A stretch of DNA of 63,935 nt, from contig NW_018408898.1 of the NCBI RefSeq assembly GCF_002113885.1, positions 62,001 through 125,935 on the forward strand. Direction: 5' to 3'. Below, piece after piece: positions 26,570-41,003 of the stretch; the stretch's first letter is position 1; the number at the start of each line of letters is the position of its first letter. The translations under genes were made by a program, and so were the position numbers. The notes under the pieces were generated by a model that saw nothing but the letters and a program-made list of their open reading frames with translations, was not told the DNA's origin and did no database searches. The DNA comes from Mizuhopecten yessoensis. Its lineage: Eukaryota.

Positions 26570-29500
26570 GGAAAGGAAGTACTCGTAAAGGCAGTCGTTG
26601 TTCAGTAAATGAAGTACTCGTAAAGGCAGTCGTTGTTCAGTAAATGAAGTACTCGTACAAGATAGTCGTTGTTCTATAAATGAAGTACTCGTACAAGGCA
26701 GTCGTTGTTCAGTAAAGGAAGTACTCGTACAAGCAGTCGTTGTTCTGTTAAGGAAGTACTCGTACAAGGCAGTCGTTGTTCTGTAAAGGAAGTACTCGTA
26801 CAAGGCAGTCGTTGTTCAGTAAGGAAGTACTCGTACAAGGCAGTCGTTGTTCTGTAAAGGAAGTACTCGTACAAGGCAGTCGTTGTTCAGTAAAGGAAGT
26901 ACTCGTACAAGGCAGTCGTTGTTCAGTTAAGGAAATACTCGTACAAGGCAGTCGTTGTTCAGTTAAGGAAATACTCGTACAAGGTAGTCGTTGTTCTGTA
27001 AAGGAACTACACGTACAAGGCAGTAGTTGTTCAGTAAAGGAAGTACTCGTACAAGGCAGTCGTTGTTCAGTAAAGGAAGTACTCGTACAAGGCAGTCGTT
27101 GTTCAGTTAAGGAAGTACTCGTACAAGGTAGTCGTTGTTCAGTAAAGGAAGTACTCTCGTACAAGGCAGTCGTTGTTCGGTATAGGAAGTACTATTCGTA
27201 CAAGGCAATCGTTGTTCAGTAAAGGAGTACTCGGACAAGGCTATCGTTGTTCAGTAAAGGAAGAACTCATGCAATGCAGTCGTTGTTCAGTAAAAGAAGT
27301 ACTCGTACAAGGCAGTCGAGTAAAGGAAGTACTCGTAGAAGGTAGTCGTAGTTCTGTAAAGGAAGTTCTTGTTCAAGGCAGTCGTTATTCAGTAAAGGAA
27401 GAACTCGTACAAGGCAGTCGTTGTTCAGTAAAGTAAGTACTCGTACAAGGCAGTAGTTGTTCGGTATAGGAAGTACTATTCGTACAAGGCAATCGTTGTT
27501 CAGTAAATGAAGTACCTCGTACAAGGTAGTCGTTGTTTAGTAAAGGAAGTACTCGTAGAAGGCAGTCGTAGTTCTGTAAAGGAAGTACTCGTACAAGGTA
27601 GTCGTTGTTCTGTAAAGGAAGTACTCGTACCAGGCAGTCGTTGTTCTGTAAATGAAGTACTCGTACAAGGTAGTCGTTGTTTAGTAAAGGAAGTACTCGT
27701 ACAAGGCTATCGTTGTTCAGTAAAGGAGTACTCGGACAAGGCTATCGTTGTTCAGTAAAGGAAGAACTCGTACAAGGCAGTCGTTTTTCAGTAAAGGAAG
27801 TACTCGTTCAAGGCAGTCGATGTTCAGTAAAGGAAGTACCTCGTACAAGGTAGTCGTTGTTCAGTAAAGGAGTACTCGGACAAGGCTATCGTTGTTCAGT
27901 AAAGGAAGTACTCGTACAAGGCAGTCGTTGTTCAGTAAAGGAAGTACTCGTAGAAGGTAGTCGTAGTTCTGTAAAGGAAGTTCTTGTTCAAGGCAGTCGT
28001 TATTCAGTAAAGGAAGTACTCATGCAATGCAGTCGTTGTTCAGTAAAGGAAGTACTCGTACAAGGCTATCGTTGTTCAGTAAAGGAAGTACTCGTACAAG
28101 GCAGTCGTTGTTCAGTAAAGGAAGTACTACTCGTACAAGGCAGTCGTTGTTCAGTAAAGTAAGTACTCGTACAAGGCAGTCGTTGTTCAGTAAAGGAAGT
28201 ACTCGTACAAGGCAGTCGTTGTTCAGTAAAAGAAGTACTCGTGCAAGGCAGTCGGTGTTCAGTAAAGGAAGTACTACTCGTAAAGGCAGTCGTTGTTCAG
28301 TAAAGGAAGTACTCGTACAAGGTAGTCGTCGTTCTGTAAAGGGAGTACTCGTACAAGGTAGTCGTTGTTCAGTAAAGGAAGTACTCGTACAAGGTATTCG
28401 TCGTTCTGTAAAGGGAGTACTCGTACAAGGTAGTCGTTGGTCAGTAAAGGAAGTACTCGTACAAGGCAGTCGATGTTCAGTAAAGGAAGTACTCGTACAA
28501 GGCAGTAGTTGTTCAGTAAAGGAAGTACTCGCACAAGACAGTCGTTGTTCTGTAAAGGAAGTACTCGTACAAGGCAGTCGTTATTCAGTTAAGGAAGTAC
28601 TCGTACAAGGTAGTCGTTGTTCAGTAGAGGAAGTACTCGTACAAGGCAGTCGTTGTTCAGCAAAGAAAGTACTCGTACAAGGCAGTCGTTGTTCAGTAAC
28701 GGAAGAACTCGTACAAGGCAGTCGTTGTTCAGTAACGGAAGAACTCGTACAAGGCAGTCGTTGTTCAGTAAAGAAAGTACTCGTACAAGGCAGTGGTTGT
28801 TCAGTAAAGGAAGTACTCGTACAAGGCAATCGTTGTTTTGTAAAGGAAGTACTCGTACAAGGCAGTCGTTGTTCTGTAAAGGAACTACTCGTACAAGGCA
28901 GTGGTTGTTCAGTAAAGGAAGTACTCGTACAAGGCAGTGTAAAGGGAGTACTCGTACAAGGTAGTCGTTGGTCAGTAAAGGAAGTACTCGTACAAGGCAG
29001 TCGTTGTTTAGTAAAGGAAGTACTCGTACAAGGTAGTCGATGTTCAGTAAAGGAAGTACTCGTACAAGGCAATCGTTGTTCAGTAAAGGAAGTACTCGAG
29101 GCAGTCGTTGTTCAGTAAAGGAAGTACTCCTACAAGGCAGTCGTTGTTCAGTAAAGGAAGTCCTCGTAAAGGCAGTCGTTGTTCAGTAAAGGAAGTACCC
29201 GAACAAGGCAGTCGTTGTTCAGTAAAGGAAGTACTAGTACAAGGCAGTCGTTGTTCAGTAAAGAAACTACTCGTACAAGGCAGTCGTTGTTCAGGAAAGG
29301 AACTACTCGTACAAGGCAATCGTTGTTCAGTGAATGAAGTACTCGTACAAGGCAGTCGTTGTTCAGCAAAGAAAGTACTCGTACAAGGCAGTCGTTGTTC
29401 TGTAAAGGGAGTACTCGTACAAGGTAGTCGTTGTTCAGTAAAGGAAGGTTGTTCAGTAAAGGAAGTACTCGTACAAGGTAGTCGCTGTTCAGTAAAGGAA

Positions 29501-31705
29501 GTACTCGTACAAGGCAATCGTTGTTCAGTAAAGGAAGTACTCGTACAAGGTAGTCGGCGTTCTGTAAAGGGAGTACTCGTACAAGGTAGTCGTTGGTCAG
29601 TAAAGGAAGTACTCGTACAAGGCAGTCGTTATTCAGTTAAGGAAGTACTCGTACAAGGTAGTCGTTGTTCAGTAAAGGAACGTTGTTCAGTAAGGAAGTA
29701 CTCGTACAAGGCAGTCGTTGTTTAGTAAAGGAAGTACTCGTACAAGGCAATCGTTGTTCAGTAAAGGAAGTACTCGTACAAAGTAGTCGTTGTTCAGTAA
29801 AGGAAGTACTCGTACAGGGCAGTGTAAAGGGAGTACTCGTACAAGGTAGTCGTTGGTCAGTAAAGGAAGTACTCGTACAAGGCAGTCGTTATTCAGTTAA
29901 GGAAGTACTCGTACAAGGTAGTCGTTGTTAAGTTAAGGAAGTACTCGTACAAGGTAGTCGTTGTTCACTAAAGGAAGTACTCGTACAAGGCAGTCGTTGT
30001 TCAGTAAGGAAGTACTCGTACAAGGCAGTCGTTGTTTAGTAAAGGAAGTACTCGTACAAGGCAATCGTTGTTTTGTAAAGGAAGTACTCGTACAAGGCAG
30101 TCGTTATTCAGTTAAGGAAGTACTCGTACAAGGTAGTCGTTGTTAAGTTAAGGAAGTACTCGTACAAGGTAGTCGTTGTTAAGTTAAGGAAGTACTCGTA
30201 CAAGGTAGTCGTTGTTAAGTTAAGGAAGTACTCGTACAAGGTAGTCGTTGTTCACTAAAGGAAGTACTCGTACAAGGCAGTCGTTGTTTAGTAAAGGAAG
30301 TACTCGTACAAGGCAATCGTTGTTTTGTAAAGGAAGTACTCGTACAAGGCAGTCGTTATTCAGTTAAGGAAGTACTCGTACAAGGTAGTCGTTGTTAAGT
30401 TAAGGAAGTACTCGTACAAGGTAGTCGTTGTTAAGTTAAGGAAGTACTCGTACAAGGTAGTCGTTGTTCATTAAAGGAAGTACTCGTACAAGGCAGTCGT
30501 TGTTCAGTGAAGGAAGTACTCATACAAGGTAGTCGTTGTTCAGTAAAGGAAGTCCTCGTACAAGGCAGTCGTTGTTCTGTAAAGGAACTACTCGTACAAG
30601 GCAGTGGTTGTTCAGTAAAGGAAGTACTCGTACAGGGCAGTGTAAAGGGAGTACTCGTACAAGGTAGTCGTTGGTCAGTAAAGGAAGTACTCGTACAAGG
30701 CAGTCGTTGTTCTGTAAATGAAGTACTCGTACAAGGCAATCGTTGTTCAGTAAAGGAAGTACTCGTACAAGGTAGTCGGCGTTCTGTAAAGGGAGTACTC
30801 GTACAAGGTAGTCGTTGGTCAGTAAAGGAAGTACTCGTACAAGGCAGTCGTTGTTCAGTAAAGGAAGTACTACTCGTAAAGGCAGTCGTTGTTCAGTAAA
30901 GGAAGTACCCGAACAAGGCAGTCGTTGTTCAGTAAAGGAAGTACTCGTGTAAGGCAGTCGTTGTTCAGTAAAGGAAGTACTCGTAAAGGCAGTCGTTGTT
31001 CAGTAAAGGAAATACTCGTACAAGGCAGTCGTTGTTCAGTAAAGGAAGTACTCGTACAAGGCAGTCGTTGTTCAGTAAAGGAAGTACTCGTACAAGGCAG
31101 TCGTTGTTCAGTAAAGGAAGTACTCGTACAAGGCAGTCGTTGTTCAGTAAAGGAAGTACTCGTACAAGGCAGTCGTTGTTCAGTAAAGGAAGTACTCGTA
31201 CAAGGCAGTCGTTGTTCAGTAAAGGAAGTACTCGTACAAGGCAGTCGTTGTTCTGTAAAGGAAGTACTCGTACAAGGCAATCGTTGTTCAGTAAAGGAAA
31301 TACTACTCGTAAAGGCGGTCGTTGTTCAGTAAAGGGAGTACTCGCACAAGGCAGTCGTTGTTCAGTAAAGAAACTACTCGTACAAGGCAGTGGTTGTTCA
31401 GTAAAGGAAGTACTCGTACAAGGCAGTCGTTGTTCTGTAAATGAAGTACTCGTACAAGGTAGTCGTTGTTTAGTAAAGGAAGTACTCGTACAAGGTAGTC
31501 GTTGTTTAGTAAAGGAAGTACTCATACAAGGCAGTCGTTGTTCAGTAAATGAAGTACTCGTACAAGGCAGTCGTTGTTTAGTAAAGGAAGTACTCATGCA
31601 AGGCAGTCGTTGTTCAGTTAAGGAAGTGCTCGTACAAGAGTAAAGGAAATAATCGTACAAGGTAGTCGTTGTTCTGTAAAGGAAGTACTCGTACAAGGCA
31701 GTCGT
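26570..31705. repeat. Tandem array, 36-bp unit (gtacaaggcagtcgttgttcagtaaaggaagtactc), about 140 copies
   Basis: Direct inspection. Frequent frameshifting indels show the VKEVLVQGSRCS ORFs are not maintained. Confidence 0.98.
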
Positions 31706-33139
31706 GATGATTGGCGACGAATCCGTCCTTGTTTTGTTTCGTGAGAAATGGCAACGTGCAACGACCATCATTTTTGTAAGATAACCGTGTTATTGCCACA
31801 GTATTGCTCTTTGAGAAATAAACTTGTAATGTTCTGGTAATTCATGATATACATTTCAAGCTGATGGCATCCTCATTGAAGGATGGCCGTCTCTCGTGAG
31901 GTTACTTTCACATTAAGTTGGTGCACTTTTCTACAACTGTGTTAGTGGAATAACAACCTGAATTAAGAATATTGCGCAATTACACAGCTACGTGGTGCAA
32001 AACTATGACGCTTTCGTCTCAAAATATCAACAGTGGATCTCTTCCATTGAAGTTGACAGTGAACAACGCGACATTGTAACAGACACGATTTCACATCAAT
32101 AAGTGTTACATTTATTTACTTGTAGCGATTTATCTGATAAATTGTTAACGTTTTCCTTATCATAGTTAAGTATGTAGAGATACATGTAAATGTATACTTT
32201 GTACACGGAAAAGGTAATGTGTAACTGATTGTCTGTTGTAAGCAATGGCATTGACAAATTCATCTCTGAACAATTAGAAAACATATGTAAACATTCAAGT
32301 AATTAAAAAAAATTACCTTTAACATTTTAGAAAAATAAAATAAAAAACTCATTCAGGTATGTTCTGAAGTAAGATATGTGAATTTCCTTGGCAAGGACGA
32401 CTAGTAAGGAAGGAGTTAATGCTATTTCAAAGCAAACAGACATAAACAATGATCGTGTACGCGTAACACACGAAATAAAGCAGCCGACTCTCGAGAAAAG
32501 TGAACAAGCTCCTCGGTGCTTGAAACATGTTTTTTGGAAAGCTTAAAGATGGTTCTTACATGTAACATGCCTGGTAGAATTCTGTATTTTTTGTTTAACA
32601 TATAGACGTATGTTCACCGAGATGCCAACCTCCCCTTCCGAATCGGAATCAAGGTAGACTGCGCTCCTGTTTGTTAAAAAATCTACTTCCTGGAAATGCA
32701 GAGACCGTACTCATGACAATGAGTGTCCAGACCGACACGAACAAACACGATGTGAGGGAGGGCAGTAGCGGCAATTGAGAAATGACAAGAACTATGGCAG
32801 TAATGAAGGGCAATACAGCAGAGAAGTTATAGTCACCATGTGATGGGAGAGAGTCAATATGGTAAAGAGAAGGGGGATACCATGGATGAGAAAGAGGGGA
32901 GAATAAAGTTATCAAAAAATGAAATTAGCGATGGGATTAGGCAATAGAGAATAGAAAAGTGCCGATATTGATCTCAAATACATAACTAGATCTATCTCTG
33001 TTTCTTCTCAAAGGCACTTTAAGACAGTGAACAGAGAAAGAAAAAAATGCTTCCTCGGATCAACAACTCTCAATTGTATGGATACTAATGGTCATACAGG
33101 AATGTAATACTTCTGTTCCATTCGCTTGCTTACATGTTA

Positions 33140-33595
33140 TTCCGCTGAGACTTAATTTGATGTTACCGCCGGGACTTGATTTTGTTCAACGGGACATGAT
33201 GTCATTTCGCTGGGACTTGACGTTCTTTCGCCGTAACTTGATGCTTTTTCGCTGTAACTTGACGTTATATCGCCGGGTACTTGATGTAACTCCGCAGAGA
33301 CTTGATGTTGTTCAACGAGACTCGATGTCATTTCGCTTGGTCTTGACGTTATTTCGGCGTTACTTGACGTTATTTCGCCTTAACTTGACGATATTTCGCT
33401 GTTACCTACAGATATTTCGGCGAGAACGTGATGTTATTACGCCGTGGCTAAACGTTATTGTGTCGGATTTTGACGTTATTTTGCGTGAACTAACGTTTTT
33501 TCGCCAAGACTTGACGTTATTTTGCGGAATTTGATGTCATTGCGCAGTACCTTGACGATGCTCCGTTGGGATTTGATGTTATTCCCCTGGGACTT
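33140..33595. repeat. Degenerate tandem array, about 21-22-bp unit (gacttgacgttatttcgc..)
   Basis: Recurrent acttga(c/t)gtt motif at about 21-22-nt spacing. Confidence 0.8.
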
Positions 33596-34756
33596 TATAC
33601 AGTAACTTATCTGTTTTAAAGAAAATAACCTATGAAGTGAGTATGGTTAATTAAGATATATTGCGGATTGTTTTTATAAACACAACAATTTGAAAGGGAG
33701 ACAGATCACCTCACATTAGGAAAGAACTGAGCGCCTCACAATGTAAAATAGATGTCGGTATGCAGTAGAGTAGACATGTGTATTAACCCCACCACTTGTA
33801 TGTATAAGTAATGAAACGTACGAGCACTAGAAATCTACATTCGCTTCACATGAATTTAAATTAAACACCAACGTGCAAAACGATATACAGCGTTGTTAGG
33901 CAAACAATGCGCACCAGGATACCCCGCCAGTTCGTAACTTTTAATGAGCATACATATTTAAATAAACTATTACTGTTCGAAATATCTTTCTGGAACGGAG
34001 GAGACCTAATATGATTTAATGTTTTCGACAACAAAGAAATGTTTTTGTTGTATAAATGGTGCATTACTGAAATTAACTACTTAATTGGTTTTGTTATTTA
34101 GAATCCGATGTCAGTTAGTAGAACTCCCTCAATAGTACATGTAAATGGTACTAAACCGTGTTTGAAACAGCAGCCATGAAACAGAAGGGATACAACTGTA
34201 TAATTCTCTTAGATATCAGATATTGGGAGCTATATATGAAAATAAAATAAATATGTTTCATACGGAAAAAGATGTAGAATTGTACTGTGACGGCTTGGAG
34301 AAATATCTGGAAATATTAACTCCTCTAGTACTCTGTCGAGCCCTCATCAAGACTACTTTGTAAAGCCACAAAATGATATCGTATTTTCTGGAAAATGGCT
34401 ATCTGTGGAAAGAGATCGTCTCGCAATCGCAACGGATGTCTCGTAACGAAATTAAGCTGGCTTTCACAGGATAATGGTGGTATCGCATGCATCAGATGTG
34501 AAAAGAAGGTTTCAACATGGAAATGGGTGGATCGCACCGGAAAGGGCAACATGTTTATGTAAACATATGGCCTCAACATAATGAAGGGTGGAGTCACATT
34601 AGAAAGGGCAACCGTTTGATTCAAGAAGATGGTATGAAATGGAAACACGTTTTCTCGCATTGGATTTGTGTTAAGATCACCAAAAAAGACACGTTATTGC
34701 AATGGGAAGGACTTATAATGTATCTTGCAATTAAAAAGTGTAGGTATCTCAGTAGC

Positions 34757-35555
34757 TTGGTTTGGTTTGGTTTGATTTGATTTTGTTAAACATCCTATCA
34801 ACAGCTAAGGTAATTTAATGACGTGTCTCCATGTGTGTAATGTATGCGTGCTTACGTGTGTGTATGCAGGAGACAGGGTATGTTTGTATGCTTGCCTTCT
34901 TTTGATAGCGCGAAACTGATGCCGACTTTATAGTGCTATCTCACTAAAATGCCATGCCTAAGGCAACCAGCACAGTATTCCACTCGGTCATACTATACTG
35001 ACAACGGGTGAATCAGTTGTTGCAATTCCCCTAAATAATAATCACAATATACAACATTTGATATAGCGCCCTATATAGCTATAATGTAACAAGCCACTCT
35101 AAAGTATATAGATATACACTTAACACAATTAGCATATACATTAATCAATACAATTTTGAGAAATTCGCAGGAGCTGCTTTATCAGGCGCTAACTATTAGT
35201 CATATGCCACCTGGCTAATATCTCACTTTGTGCGTATGACTGCGCGAGTGCTGGAGATGTAATGTGTTCTGTTTGTAGTGGGATCGTGCTTCCAACGGCA
35301 TCATTTATAGTGCCACCTAACCTGAATGCTACAGCACAGATACTACAACATCCATCCCAGACCGATTTATACTCCACCTTGGTTGGAGTTATGTTGGCAG
35401 GAGAAAAACATTTTCTCTGAAAATCCATGCTTACGACGACTTCAGGGATCGAACCCCGGCCGCCTGCGTGGAAGGCCGGAGTGTTAACCACTCGACCAAC
35501 CCGCTAAATGTTAAACGTAAGGCAGGGAATAACAACTACCGTTTTAAGGACTTTT
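34757..35555 (-). mobile_element. Meta-type SINE interrupted by a younger SINE
   Basis: (tttgg)n tail, tttatagtgctatctcact and tatactgacaacggg motifs. The sequence resumes after 35509 with aggcagg..aacaactaccgttttaaggactttt. Confidence 0.65.
35037..35503 (-). mobile_element. tRNA-derived SINE with L2-type 3' tail, flanked by ctaaat target-site duplication
   Basis: Minus strand has A box tggtcgagtgg and B box ggttcgatccc. Tail tacaacattt.atatagcg.cctatata...actctaaag matches the LINE tail at 38950-38998. ctaaat occurs at 35031-35036 and 35504-35509. Confidence 0.85.
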
Positions 35556-36032
35556 CGGGAGTAATGTATGCTCAATATACAATACGAAATGGTGGCATGT
35601 GGTACAATGATGTGGCGCATTTAAGCTTACATGTTATTTATTTCTAAGTAGTTTTAGTATGTTTTTGAATGCAACTAATGTTTTTGAATGAAATGTAAAA
35701 TGTCTTAATTCAAACGCCATAAATTGAATTGTCCAAGGATAAAGCTTACAAAGTTATGTCAGAATGTTATTGTACGTATACGCGGAATGAATCGTTACGT
35801 CTCGTAGACAGGCTTAGAGTGAAATAGCGCATGTTGTAGCCCCTCGTCATACAGTGGTGACACCAGAGCTGTATGTAGAGAGAGCGAGCAGTGATCAAGT
35901 TATTGTAGTCCAGGTTGGGATACTGATGCTGACTCACAATTACAACATTTCGGTTTGAAGGCGGATTCTACACATGCAAAGAATTGCCCGTTAAAAGGTA
36001 GGTTCAGCTTTGTATGTCTGTCCATCGTTGGT

Positions 36033-37449
36033 AATAACAGAGACGATCTAGATTGGTCTTCAAGCAATGGAACTTACAGGTTCGTCTATATAATAACAGA
36101 GACTATCTAGATTGGTCTTCAAGCAATAGAACTTACAGGTTCGTCTATATAATAACAGTGACTATCTAGATTGGGTCTTCAAGCAATAGAACTTACAGGT
36201 TCGTCTATATAATAACAGAGACGATCTAGATTGGTCTTCAAGCAATGGAACTTACATGTTCGTCTATATAATAACAGTGACTATCTAGATTGGTCTTCAA
36301 GCAATAGAACTTACAGGTTCGTCTATGTAATAACAGAGACTATCTAGATTGGTCTTCAAGCAACGGAACTTACAGGTTGGTCTATATAATAACAGAGACC
36401 ATCTAGAATGGTCTTCAAGCAATAGAACTTACAGGTTCGTATATAAAATAACAGAGACGATCTAGATCGGTCTTCGAGTAATGGAACTTACATGTTCGTC
36501 TATATAATAACAGTGACTATCTAGCTTGGCCTTCAAGCAATAGAACTTACAGGTTCGTCTATAAAATAACAGAGACGATCTAGATTGGTCTTCAAGCAAT
36601 AGAACTTACAGGTTCGTCTATATAATAACAGAGACCATCTAGAATGGTCTTCAAGCAATAGAACTTACAGGTTCGTCTATAAAATAACAGAGACGATCTA
36701 GATCGGTCTTCGAGCAATGGAACTTACATGTTCGTCTATATAATAACAGCGACTATCTAGATTGGTCTCTAAGCAATGGAACTTACAGGTTCGTCTATAT
36801 AATAACAGAAACGATCTAGATTGGTCTTCAAGCAATGGAACTTACAGGTTCGTCTATATAATAACAGAGACTATCTAGATTGGTCTTCAAGCAATAGAAC
36901 CTACAGGTTCGTCTATATAATAACAGAGACCATCTAGATTGGTCTTCAAGCAATGGAACTTACAGGTTCGTCTATATAATAACAGAGACTATCTAGATTG
37001 ATCTTCAAGCAATAGAACTTACAGGTTCGTCTATATAATAACAGACCATCTAGATTGGTCTTCAAGCAATAGAACTTACAGGTTCGTCTATATAATAACA
37101 GAGACGATCTAGATTGCTCTTCAAGCAATAGAACTTACAGGTTCATCTAGATAATAACAGAGACGATCTAGATTGGTCTTCAGGCAATGGAACTTACAGG
37201 TTCGTCTATATAATAACAGAGACGATCTAGATTGGTCTTCAAGCAATGGAACTTACATGTTCGTCTATATAATAACAGTGACTATCTAGATTGGTCTTCA
37301 AGCAATAGAACTTACAGGTTCGTCTTTATAATAACAGAGACTATCTTGATTGGTCTTCAAGCAATAGAACTTACAAGTTCGTCTATATAATAACAGAGAC
37401 TATCTAGATTGGTCTTCAAGCAATAGAACTTACAGGTTCGTCTATATAA
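36033..37449. repeat. Tandem array, 59-bp unit (aataacagagactatctagattggtcttcaagcaatagaacttacaggttcgtctatat), about 24 copies
   Basis: Period 59 (36092 then 36151). Confidence 0.97.
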
Positions 37450-38935
37450 GCGTCTGTTCGAGTCCGGAACATAACATCTAAGTAACTGGATACGCTACTT
37501 TGGTGAAAAGCAAACGTATGTGTACATTATTGTACCGCTTCTTATATGACCTTCGAAATGTCAAGGTCACCATATTGATGTTCAACTCTTTGCACCAAAA
37601 CCTTGTCTTGGCGCACATATTATTGCTATACATATATAGGGATAGTTACAGGATAAATTCGTTCCTCATTGCCCAATTTAGATTTAGAAGAATATGTTCC
37701 TTCCATTGATGGAACGACTACCTTCCTGTTGTAATAATCAGCCAATCACGAATACTGTAACTTAACCTTACTAAGTATAGTTAATTATTTCATCAGTAAT
37801 AATATATTAATATTTTTCGCGCCAATTAGAAAACATCGTGCATTTAGAATACTGAAATGCTTGGTAGAAGGGCTATTCAAGTGTTACCCCAGATAAATAG
37901 TCCTGACAATATTTCAACTGTGTTAAAATTATTTTTAAAATGTATTCTGGTTTCCGCAAAGCATCATAGGACCCCCGCGCTCAAGTATCATCGAATCATT
38001 ATGTGTCGGCATAATCTGAGAATTTATCGACATCTACTCAGATTATATCAACATCTCTTAACATTATGTCGACATAAGTAACTCGTACAACAATGGTAGT
38101 AATATGGCACCAAAGATAACGATCAGGAAGGATCAAGTTTGGCACTGTACGTGTGCTGTATGAAGTATACGTATGTCATTATGTATAGTATAGAGTGGAT
38201 TTCCTCGTGACATAACGATTAGAGAAATGTAGAAGTTGATAGTCCAATCCGTGTTATGTAATGTCTGTATTATTTCGGCAGCAGATCTGAATAGACTTTA
38301 TGACGCTAAAAACTCGTCCAATGTGAATTGTACATGACAGCAGTATACCATAATATGTGTAACACATACCCTGGTAGCTCTAAATGTCACATGTTCTCAA
38401 AGGAATAAGTGTACGTACATAGGTTTTAAACATTTATACATGAACACAAATTGAAACAAGATACTAAACTCCGGGAATACGATCACTTCTTAAGGATCCC
38501 CGTTCCACTGGTCTTTGTTTTTCGCATATAGAGTTACATCCCCTTAACTTCGATTTGTTTTAGATATATCTGTGGTAAATTGCGCAAGAACACTTCCACT
38601 GAACAGGCAGCGAAGTCGGTTAGAGTGATTGGTACAGGAATCTAAACTCCTGGGTTTGTATCCTGGTATATTTTCCCTGAACTTTACACACAGCAGACTG
38701 TTGTTGATTGTTTTCATTTCATCTTCATTTTTTTTCCAGTCCACCAATGTTTGGTTTTCTTTTCAGAACTGATTTTCAAAGCAATAGTAATGTCGGGAAA
38801 AGACAGTTTCCATTGCAAAGTTTTTGACTTTATCCAAAGGGGGGGNNNGGGGGGGGATACACAGGATACACATGCATATAAAAATGCGGAACGGGAGGCT
38901 AGGTGGAGAAGCAACGGCACTTTTTTCTTCGTTTC

Positions 38936-39710
38936 ATAATAATAATAATATACAACATTTATATAGCGGCCTATATAATTTGTAAAATTACTCTAAAGCG
39001 CTTTACAACATATGGATAATAGTAATGGTTATAATTGTGAAAACAAAAAACAAAGGCTTATAATCACTTTTATACATTTAAGCAAGCAATGCGCACATAT
39101 AATTGAACAAATAAAAGAGTGGTATTTACATGACGTCTTTGCAAGGATTCTAAAATGCAGACGTGAAGAGGTGAGTTTTGATGTCCCTCTTGAACTTGGC
39201 CAGGGTATTGCACTTTCTAATAGAAGATGGTAAGCTATTCCACAATGTAGTCGAAACCCTCCCCAAGCATCTGTTTCCGTAGGTCACAGTACGAGATTTT
39301 GGGACACACAACAAAGATTCTGACTCCGACCGCAGTGATCGTGACGGCTGATACAGGGTAACAATCTCCTGTAGGTACTGCGGAGCTGTTCCATTCAGTG
39401 CCTTGTATGTGTACACCAGAATTTTGTACTGAAACCTGTATCGTACAGGTAACCAGTGCAACGAATAAAGCACAGGTGTGATGTGCTCTCTCTTTCGAGT
39501 ACGAGTAACTAGCCGTGCTGCAGTGTTCTGGACCCTCTGCAGACGACTAGTTAGTTGGTCAGATATACCACAGAACAGGGCGTTACCATAGTTCAACCGA
39601 GAGGTAACAAGTGAATGCACCAACATCTTGCATGCATCTGCAGTTATAAACTGCCGAATACAGCCGATGTTCCTGATCATGCGTTCACATTGCTTGTTAA
39701 TTGTCAATTT
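38936..39710 (-). mobile_element. 5'-truncated L2-clade (CR1 group) LINE: ORF2 C-terminus, 3' UTR and (TAT)n tail
   Basis: ORF 39150-39707 contains SRLNYGNALF, LQRVQNTAARLV, EHITPVLYSLHWLPV and APQYL. 3' end tgtaaagcgctttagag...gccgctatataaatg followed by (tat)n. Confidence 0.92.
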
Positions 39711-40744
39711 CAGAACATTTTGAAGATTATATACACAACTAAAAAATAGGTATAGTCTATATATATGTACGTATCTTTTATTTTTATTTTATATCTATCA
39801 GTCTAACAGAATCTGATACAGATTTACACTTTTGAGAGTAATTGGAAAACTGAGTTAAATGAATATGCCGCTTTGAAACGTCAGTATGTTCTTTGAAATC
39901 GAATCAAACGGCATGTTTTGTGATTTTGTATATTGAAATTTCAAAATAAGTCAGATGTGAGAACTTTTTGATAAATATAAAAAATAACACAATAACTATC
40001 AGAAATAAAACAGATTCGTGTAATATTAACATCACCTCTGAGAGAATATAAATTCTCACTACTTCTCCACCGAAGACATGCAAGGGTATACGTGAATCGC
40101 TCCCTGGTTCTACACAGAGATGTTTGATTGTACCCTAGGTAGAGCGAGGAATGCTCCGATACTCCGATATCACAAGTTTCGTGCGAAAACACATCTTCTT
40201 ATCAAAATAATGGATGCAGTTACTTCTGAAACAGATATAGCCCTGAAAACAGTAGAATGGATGATGATACATTACAATACATCTGTTTTCCAATCTGAAT
40301 AAAATAATGATGGGTCCCCAGGCAATCATTCCGAAGGTTCCGAATGTGATTGTCATTCTACTAACTTGTACAAAACATGTATCTGTCCCAGGAGGAGACG
40401 GGTGTATTTGTGTTTAAATTGGGAAAATATGATGAAGAACATGTTTTTGAAATTCGACACTTGTATGCCAACAGAATGTGGTTTCTACACTCGATAAGAG
40501 AATACGGAACGGTGAACACATTGATGGTTTACAGTTCTATACATCGTTCACATGTCATATTAATTGTTTTCATGGAACGAATAAAAATTGTCGAATCGCA
40601 CAATAACAACTTTTCTTGTTACACTACGCATGCGCACTGAATCATCAATATACTGAAATAGGTAATTAATTAGTAGAGTTATATAGTTAAATACAAAATA
40701 CTATGTTCAGCTAGTAACAGGAAATTGCAAATACCGTATTGGGG

Positions 40745-41003
40745 CACACATGTACGATCACACAACACACATGTACGATCACACAACACACATGTACGAT
40801 CACACAACACACATGTACGATCACACAACACACATGTACGATCACACAACACACATGTACGATCACACAACACACATGTACGATCACACAACACACATGT
40901 ACGATCACACAACACACATGTACGATCACACAACACACATGTACGATCACACAACACACATGTACGATCACACAACACACATGTACGATCACACAACACA
41001 CAT
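40745..41003. repeat. Perfect tandem array, 21-bp unit (acacatgtacgatcacacaac), about 12 copies
   Basis: Identical units. ORFs in five frames are by-products. Confidence 0.97.

Noticed and set aside
26570-31771. Long ORFs (up to 363 aa) with VKEVLVQGSRCS or LPCTSTSFTEQR repeats
   Set aside because: The unit is 36 bp and stop-free in several frames on both strands. Frequent frameshifting indels and no unique flanking coding sequence make these satellite by-products.
35430-35505. Possible tRNA genes (also 26290-26355 and 58190-58275)
   Set aside because: A and B boxes are present but no complete cloverleaf. They are SINE heads or fragments.
16268-37449. CRISPR-like appearance of the 20-59-bp repeats
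   Set aside because: Head-to-tail units with no unique spacers, no cas genes, and a eukaryotic context.
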